Positions 55,011-64,000 of a DNA stretch of 64,000 bases are shown here, one piece after another; position 1 is the first letter of the stretch; each line of letters starts with the position of its first letter. This DNA comes from Sphingobacteriia bacterium. Its GTDB lineage: Bacteria; Bacteroidota; Bacteroidia; Bacteroidales; TTA-H9. The position numbers were made by a program, and so were the translations under genes. The stretch covers positions 9,325 to 73,324 of the forward strand of contig JAJTBW010000001.1 of NCBI GenBank assembly GCA_021286705.1, given 5' to 3'. Below the pieces are notes generated by a model. The model was given only the letters and a program-made list of their open reading frames with translations, did not search any database and was not told the DNA's origin.

Positions 55011-56018
55011 ATGTTAATGCGTGGAAAAAATATAACGGCCAGTGGTGACCCGTTACAACCGATTGAATTAACTCACTTTTTTAGATCTATTGTCAATCCT
55101 ACAGAGGAGCTTATACAACGAATAGATCAATTACGCATAGTGAGTACCTTGGATCAGGTGAGGTATCGTCAGCTAAAGACAACCTTGCCCTATGTGGTTT
55201 GTGGCAGTTATCATCCTGCTATCAGGAAGACCTCCAGTTTTGCATCCATTGAGTGTTTTATCCTCGATTTTGACCATCTAAACAGTAAAAATATTGAAAT
55301 AAAAGATTTCAAGGCGAAGATGCGAGAGGATTCCAGAATCTTGATGCTTTTTGAATCGCCGAGTGGAGATGGATTAAAAGTGTTGTTTAAATTAGATGAA
55401 AAATGTTATGATCCTGGTGTATATAGGCTGTTTTATAAACTATTCGCAAAGAGCTTTTCTATAGAATATGGTTTAGATCAAGTAGTAGATGAGCGGACAA
55501 GTGATGTTACTAGAGCTTGTTTTTATAGTTATGATAGAGATGCATGGTTAAATGAGGCAGTCACTCCAATAAAAATATCGAATTACCTTAATTTGGAAGA
55601 GATAAGTCAGGTAGATGCTTTATTGAAAGAAATTAGAAACGATGTCAAGGAGGAAAAGAAGGAGGAACGTGAGGCAAAAGTAAGTGCATCAGCTGATACA
55701 TTAAAGGAAATAAGATCCATGCTCCTACCTAAGGCTAGGCCGATTGAGAAGGATGTGTTTGTTCCAGAAGAACTTAAGGGGCTTGAAGAAATGATTAAGG
55801 TTAGATTGGAGAGTACCCCGATTAAGGTCGTGTCTAGTGAATCTATCCAATATGGCAAGAAGGTGAAATTTGAAATGGAGACCGTAAAGGCTGAGGTAAA
55901 TGTATTTTATGGCAAGAAGGGTTTCTCGGTTGTTTCAACAACTAAGACAGGGACAAATCCGGAGTTTGCACAGTTATGTAAGGAATTGCTTGAAGATCTG
56001 TTGATACATCGGAGTTGA
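55011..56018 (+). CDS. Primase-polymerase (AEP superfamily, VirE-N/BT4734-like) encoded between cas1 and cas2
   Basis: The DxD motif is FILDFDHL, the SxxGxG motif is FESPSGDGLKVLFKL, and a further motif is DVTRACFYSYDRD. It starts 1 nt after the cas1 stop and ends just before cas2. Confidence 0.65.
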   Translation: MLMRGKNITASGDPLQPIELTHFFRSIVNPTEELIQRIDQLRIVSTLDQVRYRQLKTTLPYVVCGSYHPAIRKTSSFASIECFILDFDHLNSKNIEIKDFKAKMREDSRILMLFESPSGDGLKVLFKLDEKCYDPGVYRLFYKLFAKSFSIEYGLDQVVDERTSDVTRACFYSYDRDAWLNEAVTPIKISNYLNLEEISQVDALLKEIRNDVKEEKKEEREAKVSASADTLKEIRSMLLPKARPIEKDVFVPEELKGLEEMIKVRLESTPIKVVSSESIQYGKKVKFEMETVKAEVNVFYGKKGFSVVSTTKTGTNPEFAQLCKELLEDLLIHRS

Positions 56019-56031
56019 TTTGTGTTTTTTT

Positions 56032-56496
56032 ATGAAGAAGAGTAGCGAATTGACTTTTGTTCGGAAGGTACTTGCTTTAAAGAAGGCAGGTATTGGTATT
56101 AGTCCTCCGATTATTCAAGAACAGGAGGAGTTAATTTCTTTAGAAGAGCGATGTCAAAAGTTATTAGGTATCGTAAGAGAAAGGAGGAAGTCAACAGATA
56201 TGGTTTTCTTTGTGATGTATGATATTGAAAATGATAAAGTTCGCCGATATGTTTCAAAGTACTTGGAGAAAAAGGGATATTTAAGAGTCCAGAAGTCGGT
56301 CTTTCTTGGCAAAGCAGATCGAAATGAGTTTAATAAAGTAGGCGATACTTTGAGAAAGGTGAATGAGATCTATGAAAATGAAGATAGTATAGTGCTAATC
56401 CCGGTTTCTAGCGATGAGTTGACAAGCATGGAGTTGATAGGGAAAGATGTGAATATAAAAGCCTATTATGATAAACCTGGAACTCTGTTTTTTTAG
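56032..56496 (+). CDS. cas2: Cas2 with ~55-aa N-terminal extension
   Basis: The core MVFFVMYDIENDKVRRYVSKYLEKKGYLRVQKSVFLG is a typical Cas2 beta1-alpha1-beta2. The ORF opens at TTG 56020 and the first ATG is at 56032. Confidence 0.85.
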   Translation: MKKSSELTFVRKVLALKKAGIGISPPIIQEQEELISLEERCQKLLGIVRERRKSTDMVFFVMYDIENDKVRRYVSKYLEKKGYLRVQKSVFLGKADRNEFNKVGDTLRKVNEIYENEDSIVLIPVSSDELTSMELIGKDVNIKAYYDKPGTLFF

Positions 56497-56619
56497 TACC
56501 TTTGTTATTAGGTGGAATTAGTATACTTTTGCAATCCCAAAAAAATGAGGTACAGAGTGATTTTTTTTAGATCTTTTTGTTCTTATGGTATTGAAAGTAA
56601 AGTAGATGCAATGGGTGCT
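56497..56619 (+). promoter_or_regulatory. CRISPR leader (AT-rich) with a Bacteroidota-type -7 box candidate
   Basis: This is the 123 nt between cas2 and the first repeat. TACTTTTG at 56524-56531 fits the TAnnTTTG consensus. A- and T-runs are also present. Confidence 0.5.
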
Positions 56620-59600
56620 CTGAGGAACCCTCTTCCAGAATAATAAGGATTAAGACAAATTACTTACTTGATAATTTGGAAACTCAATAATTGCTGAGGA
56701 ACCCTCTTCCAGAATAATAAGGATTAAGACTATTATCACGCTGTTCGAGTTGGAATATTACTTCTCTACTGAGGAACCCTCTTCCAGAATAATAAGGATT
56801 AAGACTCCGCACTAGTCGTTCTATCCATATCATACTTAATCCTGAGGAACCCTCTTCCAGAATAATAAGGATTAAGACTTCCTTGTTACATCTGGACTCT
56901 CGAAGAGACATAAACTGAGGAACCCTCTTCCAGAATAATAAGGATTAAGACTCTATGTTCCTTGTTACATCTGGACTCTCGAAGAGACATCTGAGGAACC
57001 CTCTTCCAGAATAATAAGGATTAAGACCTTCTAGCAAGTTTTCTGCCGCTGTATCAGCGACAGCTGAGGAACCCTCTTCCAGAATAATAAGGATTAAGAC
57101 ACTAAATAATTGTTCTAAAGATTGTACTAAGTTAGCTGAGGAACCCTCTTCCAGAATAATAAGGATTAAGACTGAACGAGAGAGCTAGGTTTGGTTCCGA
57201 AATCTTTAACTGAGGAACCCTCTTCCAGAATAATAAGGATTAAGACTGAATAACACTTTTGCTTCAGTTGGAGAAGATTCTGAGGAACCCTCTTCCAGAA
57301 TAATAAGGATTAAGACTTGTTATGAATCTCAACTCTTGGGCACAGTTGTGAGCTGAGGAACCCTCTTCCAGAATAATAAGGATTAAGACACCCTCTTTAT
57401 TTTGCGCTTCAGTATTATTTATTGCCTGAGGAACCCTCTTCCAGAATAATAAGGATTAAGACGGAGCTTTAATGTCAGTACCTTCAGCGAGGCTTAAAGC
57501 TGAGGAACCCTCTTCCAGAATAATAAGGATTAAGACCCCTTCTTTTGCTTTAAATTCAGCCAAAGAAACAACACCTGAGGAACCCTCTTCCAGAATAATA
57601 AGGATTAAGACACCTTCTTTATTTTTTCTTTGGTGATTATAACTATATCTGAGGAACCCTCTTCCAGAATAATAAGGATTAAGACTCTGCAAGAGGTATC
57701 TTATAATCCTATATGTGGATCTGAGGAACCCTCTTCCAGAATAATAAGGATTAAGACGTCTGAACCCCTTCTTTTGCTTTAAATTCAGCCAAACTGAGGA
57801 ACCCTCTTCCAGAATAATAAGGATTAAGACAGTTTATTACCTTCAATTATTTCTTCTTTAGTCATCTGAGGAACCCTCTTCCAGAATAATAAGGATTAAG
57901 ACCCTTAACACTACCAGCCTCTACGAAGTAGAGGAAAATGCTGAGGAACCCTCTTCCAGAATAATAAGGATTAAGACTTCATTTACGCTGAATGTTTGTT
58001 GAAGTTATTTAAAGCTGAGGAACCCTCTTCCAGAATAATAAGGATTAAGACAACGAATAAAAGCTCTTCCGTGAATCTTGGCATTCTGAGGAACCCTCTT
58101 CCAGAATAATAAGGATTAAGACAAGTAAAGATAGATGCTAATACTAGCATCCTTTTTAGTTCTGAGGAACCCTCTTCCAGAATAATAAGGATTAAGACCA
58201 CTTTTATAGTGCCTGCTTCAACGAAATATAAGAAACTGAGGAACCCTCTTCCAGAATAATAAGGATTAAGACTCTTAGTTGGGAATTTCCCAACAGGAAT
58301 AACTTTCCTGAGGAACCCTCTTCCAGAATAATAAGGATTAAGACAGTTACAGTTGTTGTTGTAGTGTACACAACAAAAGACTGAGGAACCCTCTTCCAGA
58401 ATAATAAGGATTAAGACTCCTGACAATCTGGCTTACAATAAAGAAAACAAACCTGAGGAACCCTCTTCCAGAATAATAAGGATTAAGACGAGGAAAATAC
58501 TAACTTTAGGATCTTTCTTGGTAGCTGAGGAACCCTCTTCCAGAATAATAAGGATTAAGACCCAGTTGCAACACTGATGTTCCAATAATCTCCTGATTTC
58601 TGAGGAACCCTCTTCCAGAATAATAAGGATTAAGACACTAACCAAAGGCAATCGTCTTTAAATTCATTAAGATTCTGAGGAACCCTCTTCCAGAATAATA
58701 AGGATTAAGACCAACAGGAATAACTTGTACTTTCATAACAATTCTACTGAGGAACCCTCTTCCAGAATAATAAGGATTAAGACCCTTTTTCTTATTCTGC
58801 ATTCAGGAGTTCCACTTCAAGTCTGAGGAACCCTCTTCCAGAATAATAAGGATTAAGACTTGATATACTTGCTTAGTATAATTACAATATTGAAACCTGA
58901 GGAACCCTCTTCCAGAATAATAAGGATTAAGACCTGTTTGTATCTTGCGATAGCGTTGCATTTTTTAAATCTGAGGAACCCTCTTCCAGAATAATAAGGA
59001 TTAAGACTTCGACGTAGCCGGATGGCATCGCAATAGTTGGATCGCCTGAGGAACCCTCTTCCAGAATAATAAGGATTAAGACATGATAGCAACGTATAGG
59101 CCGGCTGCGTTTCCGGGGTCTGAGGAACCCTCTTCCAGAATAATAAGGATTAAGACAGCACCTGTTGCAACGGAGATATTCCAATAATCCCCCTGAGGAA
59201 CCCTCTTCCAGAATAATAAGGATTAAGACCCTGTTGAATAACTGCTTTACATAATCTTTGTCTAACCTGAGGAACCCTCTTCCAGAATAATAAGGATTAA
59301 GACAGCTTACTACTTTTTGTAAGCTTTCCTTTTCTTCATCTGAGGAACCCTCTTCCAGAATAATAAGGATTAAGACGGAACTAGCACGCACTTTCACAGT
59401 GCCAGCCTCTACTGAGGAACCCTCTTCCAGAATAATAAGGATTAAGACACACTCATGTACACTCTCAATTAACTAATTTACAAGCACTGAGGAACCCTCT
59501 TCCAGAATAATAAGGATTAAGACGAGGAGCCGAAGCCCCTCCGGGTTATTTTAAATCTCTGAGGAACCCTCTTCCAGAATAATAAGGATTAAGACTCTTC

Positions 59601-62600
59601 ACATGCTGAATTAATAGCTGCATCCTCAGTGCTGAGGAACCCTCTTCCAGAATAATAAGGATTAAGACGACCTTTGGGAGAGGTAGATCGTGTAAACTTT
59701 TTACACTGAGGAACCCTCTTCCAGAATAATAAGGATTAAGACCAATGGCGAATGTGTTCTCTGAATCGTCCTTTACTCCTGAGGAACCCTCTTCCAGAAT
59801 AATAAGGATTAAGACATAACAAGGGCGATAATTAGTTTAATCATTTTGTCCTGAGGAACCCTCTTCCAGAATAATAAGGATTAAGACATGCTATTATATC
59901 GTCTCCACAACGTTTAGTAGGATCGCTGAGGAACCCTCTTCCAGAATAATAAGGATTAAGACGTAGCAACTTAAGTGCTTTGTCTGGATATTTCATAAGG
60001 CTGAGGAACCCTCTTCCAGAATAATAAGGATTAAGACTAAGTTTTCTATATACATATGCCAATCCGTCTTTCTCTGAGGAACCCTCTTCCAGAATAATAA
60101 GGATTAAGACTCAAAGATGAAGTTGGTATGCATATCTACATACCATCTCCTGAGGAACCCTCTTCCAGAATAATAAGGATTAAGACAGGAAGAGGCACGT
60201 ACTTTAACACTGCCAGCCTCTCTGAGGAACCCTCTTCCAGAATAATAAGGATTAAGACATTACGTAAGATTTTGATACTACTGGATAATTTCTGAGGAAC
60301 CCTCTTCCAGAATAATAAGGATTAAGACTGTATATGAAGTACTGTTTTCATAATCTTCACATTTCACTGAGGAACCCTCTTCCAGAATAATAAGGATTAA
60401 GACTATGTATAGAATTTTGGCTGCAACCCAATTGGAGATCTGAGGAACCCTCTTCCAGAATAATAAGGATTAAGACTGTAGGTAGTTTCTTCTTTATAAG
60501 CTTTATAATAACTGAGGAACCCTCTTCCAGAATAATAAGGATTAAGACTAAAGGTAAATACTAATTTTAGGATCTTTTTTTAGTACTGAGGAACCCTCTT
60601 CCAGAATAATAAGGATTAAGACTGTTATTGTTATTTTGGATTGTTGCATTTTACACCTAACTGAGGAACCCTCTTCCAGAATAATAAGGATTAAGACTCA
60701 ATTACACCATCAGTTAAAATTAATTCCAATAGCTGAGGAACCCTCTTCCAGAATAATAAGGATTAAGACAGTTCTCTTACTGATTATGGCTGAATCAGAC
60801 CCAGGCTGAGGAACCCTCTTCCAGAATAATAAGGATTAAGACTTCTTCAGAAAACTCTTTAGGAGAATATTCTTGTTTACTGAGGAACCCTCTTCCAGAA
60901 TAATAAGGATTAAGACAACCTCAGAAATGTATAATTGTTTGGATTGTTGTGCTGAGGAACCCTCTTCCAGAATAATAAGGATTAAGACCATTTCACTCCT
61001 CGATAAAGTACTAAACATTCCAGCTGAGGAACCCTCTTCCAGAATAATAAGGATTAAGACAAACCACTTGGATTAGGATCAGTAAAATTGGTTTCTACTG
61101 AGGAACCCTCTTCCAGAATAATAAGGATTAAGACCCTCGTAGACTTCTTCATAACCCTCTTCTAATAAGACTGAGGAACCCTCTTCCAGAATAATAAGGA
61201 TTAAGACATTGGGGTATTTACGCTTTTCGTAATTCAACTTAGCGCTGAGGAACCCTCTTCCAGAATAATAAGGATTAAGACCTGCACCGATAAGGCGCCT
61301 GCCTGACAGATTGACGACACTGAGGAACCCTCTTCCAGAATAATAAGGATTAAGACACCGCTTGTTTGGCGAACTTGTAAGCCTTGGTTCCTGAGGAACC
61401 CTCTTCCAGAATAATAAGGATTAAGACCTGTTGTTTTCGTACTGATCCAGAAGCACTTCTAAAAGCTGAGGAACCCTCTTCCAGAATAATAAGGATTAAG
61501 ACTCATCATATTCCCTTGTAAGGGATCCCTTTAATATGCTGAGGAACCCTCTTCCAGAATAATAAGGATTAAGACCATTCCTTGCCGTATTTTGCCACGA
61601 ATTTTTGACCGCTGAGGAACCCTCTTCCAGAATAATAAGGATTAAGACTTACCTATTATTTCACATACTTCTTTATCCAATGTACTGAGGAACCCTCTTC
61701 CAGAATAATAAGGATTAAGACATTATTTACAATGAATCTTTGAATAGCTTGGCGGAAAACTGAGGAACCCTCTTCCAGAATAATAAGGATTAAGACTTTT
61801 TTGGATTGTTATTTTGCATTTTACACCTAAAACTGAGGAACCCTCTTCCAGAATAATAAGGATTAAGACCTACTATTCTCATAGTCTTCACAAAGGACTT
61901 CAAAAGACTGAGGAACCCTCTTCCAGAATAATAAGGATTAAGACCGCCACTAATTTAGTTAATTGTTCTTTTTCCTTTTCTGAGGAACCCTCTTCCAGAA
62001 TAATAAGGATTAAGACCGCTAACAGATATGCGTTTCATTATCTGTGATCCGGCTGAGGAACCCTCTTCCAGAATAATAAGGATTAAGACTCATAACTCAT
62101 TGATTAACCGTTTAAGAAACTCAACTGAGGAACCCTCTTCCAGAATAATAAGGATTAAGACCATCTTTTACATTGTGTTTATAATAGGAGTTTATGGACT
62201 GAGGAACCCTCTTCCAGAATAATAAGGATTAAGACTCTCGTTGTACTGGTATTTACCAAAGTTTGTTAAGATACTGAGGAACCCTCTTCCAGAATAATAA
62301 GGATTAAGACGCCCAGTTTTCAGTTTATTGAGATGAATATCAAGGTCTGAGGAACCCTCTTCCAGAATAATAAGGATTAAGACCTCCAAACAGATATTTA
62401 TGTATAGTTTTTGTATTTCTGAGGAACCCTCTTCCAGAATAATAAGGATTAAGACAATTAACCCCTTTTTTTATTCAGCAGGATTCAGCAACCTGAGGAA
62501 CCCTCTTCCAGAATAATAAGGATTAAGACGGGTTGAAATCTGCGAGGTAATTGTAGGTAGTATAACTGAGGAACCCTCTTCCAGAATAATAAGGATTAAG

Positions 62601-64000
62601 ACTATTAGTCTATTTTCTCTTACACAATCTGCTACATTGCTGAGGAACCCTCTTCCAGAATAATAAGGATTAAGACGTTACTTGTGTCATGTTTGTGTGT
62701 GTTAAGGAGAGCCTGAGGAACCCTCTTCCAGAATAATAAGGATTAAGACTTTGACCTACGTAAACGTAAAACTTTTTGTCCATCCTGAGGAACCCTCTTC
62801 CAGAATAATAAGGATTAAGACTCGTCGGCTATTCTTGTCATATCTGTGTTTGTTTTAAAGAACTGAGGAACCCTCTTCCAGAATAATAAGGATTAAGACA
62901 TTTAACAGTTCGGCTACTAGCCTTCTTAGCGCTCTGAGGAACCCTCTTCCAGAATAATAAGGATTAAGACATCAGCCATTTTAGAATAGCTAATCTCTTT
63001 ACTAGCTGAGGAACCCTCTTCCAGAATAATAAGGATTAAGACCCGGACAAGATACCTTTTCGGTATCCTGCACCTAAACTGAGGAACCCTCTTCCAGAAT
63101 AATAAGGATTAAGACTTCACATAATGCTCTTCAAAAGAAAGAGCAAAGTTTGCTGAGGAACCCTCTTCCAGAATAATAAGGATTAAGACTAACTATATTT
63201 GTTAGTCCAGAATTAGTAGCTGCTATACTGAGGAACCCTCTTCCAGAATAATAAGGATTAAGACTTCACCAGTTAGGATACCTTTAACATAACCAGTACC
63301 AACTGAGGAACCCTCTTCCAGAATAATAAGGATTAAGACCAATAACTAAGGTCTCATCCTGAATATCCAATTGTGGGCTGAGGAACCCTCTTCCAGAATA
63401 ATAAGGATTAAGACAGGCGGCTTCGAGTTCAAAGCGCACTTTCACCTTTGCCTGAGGAACCCTCTTCCAGAATAATAAGGATTAAGACTGGAAGCTGCCG
63501 TAGACATAGTTAGCAGGTACTGCGCTGAGGAACCCTCTTCCAGAATAATAAGGATTAAGACTCAAGATACATAGATTTTATTCTTTCAGTCGATCTACTG
63601 AGGAACCCTCTTCCAGAATAATAAGGATTAAGACTTTATGTGCAACAGAAATGATGCACATTTATGTAGATCTGAGGAACCCTCTTCCAGAATAATAAGG
63701 ATTAAGACCCATTGATTAGTATGTCAATCAACGCTGCCTGATGCCACTGAGGAACCCTCTTCCAGAATAATAAGGATTAAGACGAAGTAGAGGAAGATGT
63801 TAATACTAGCATCTTTTTTACTGAGGAACCCTCTTCCAGAATAATAAGGATTAAGACAATTCTCTATTGTAAGAAGAAGCTCTGACTTTTACTCTGAGGA
63901 ACCCTCTTCCAGAATAATAAGGATTAAGACCGCTGTATCTGCGACAGACTCGTGTGCGTCTATCGCGACTGAGGAACCCTCTTCCAGAATAATAAGGATT
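56620..64000 (+). CRISPR. CRISPR array: 100 complete + 1 truncated copies of the 37-bp repeat CTGAGGAACCCTCTTCCAGAATAATAAGGATTAAGAC; 100 spacers of 33-41 nt; continues beyond the window
   Basis: Every repeat boundary was located by hand, from the first at 56620-56656 to the last complete one at 63894-63930. All copies appear identical. The repeat 3' end ATTAAGAC resembles the AUUxxxAC 8-nt crRNA tag of type III systems, giving + strand orientation. Confidence 0.97.

Noticed and set aside
55011-56018. Reverse transcriptase (RT-Cas1-like) as the identity of the gene between cas1 and cas2.
   Set aside because: It has no YxDD or other RT motifs. The DxD / SxxGxG / SYD pattern fits an AEP-type Prim-Pol instead. 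No RT is visible anywhere in the window.
56684-62389. About a dozen ORFs of 60-156 aa on both strands inside the CRISPR array, with recurring peptides LNPYYSGRGFL, VLILIILEEGSS and EEPSSRIIRIKT.
   Set aside because: These peptides are translations of the 37-bp repeat in its stop-free frames. The ORFs exist only because repeats and short spacers happen to lack stops.

Overview
This 64-kb segment reads like a Bacteroidota chromosome, judging by lipoprotein signals, a TAnnTTTG-type promoter box and the gene families present. It is mosaic in composition. (i) 1-12.3 kb holds ordinary, higher-GC genes: a histidine-kinase tail, a GT-C-like membrane protein, TerC, Crp/Fnr, a serine hydrolase, a CPBP protease, a DUF4440-like lipoprotein, and a GH38-like alpha-mannosidase split by a perfect 14-bp tandem duplication. 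Unrelated short tandem-repeat arrays sit next to several stop codons here. (ii) 12.3-30.2 kb is an AT-rich island. It starts with a 2-kb gene desert, followed by a tightly packed ~10.7-kb operon. The operon encodes an ECF-like sigma factor, an anti-sigma-like protein fused to a papain-like peptidase, two dynamin-like GTPases, an Hsp70-fold ATPase without a substrate-binding domain, two paralogous small P-loop GTPases and several unknowns. This operon is my top candidate for an undescribed conflict/defence system. It is followed by IS debris and two ImmA/IrrE-type toxin-antitoxin-like modules, one with an in-frame TGA. (iii) 30.2-33.9 kb is a higher-GC patch of small stress/detox genes with decayed gene fragments. 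(iv) 34-64 kb is a second AT-rich island. It carries a YwqK/MORN-repeat protein, a RecD-like helicase, a WYL regulator, an HNH/coiled-coil/DUF4407-like/zinc-ribbon cassette, and a complete type III-D-like CRISPR-Cas locus. That locus has Cas6, an HD-less Cas10 with GGDD, Cas7, Csx10, fused Cas7s, a large RAMP, two tandem CARF + PD-(D/E)xK Card1/Can2-like nucleases, and Cas1-PrimPol-Cas2. Its array has 100 complete, identical 37-bp repeats and runs off the window end. Many spacers overlap each other or are synonymous-site variants of each other, and their reverse complements read as protein-coding sense strands. All calls come from reading translations and sequence by eye; no database search was possible.
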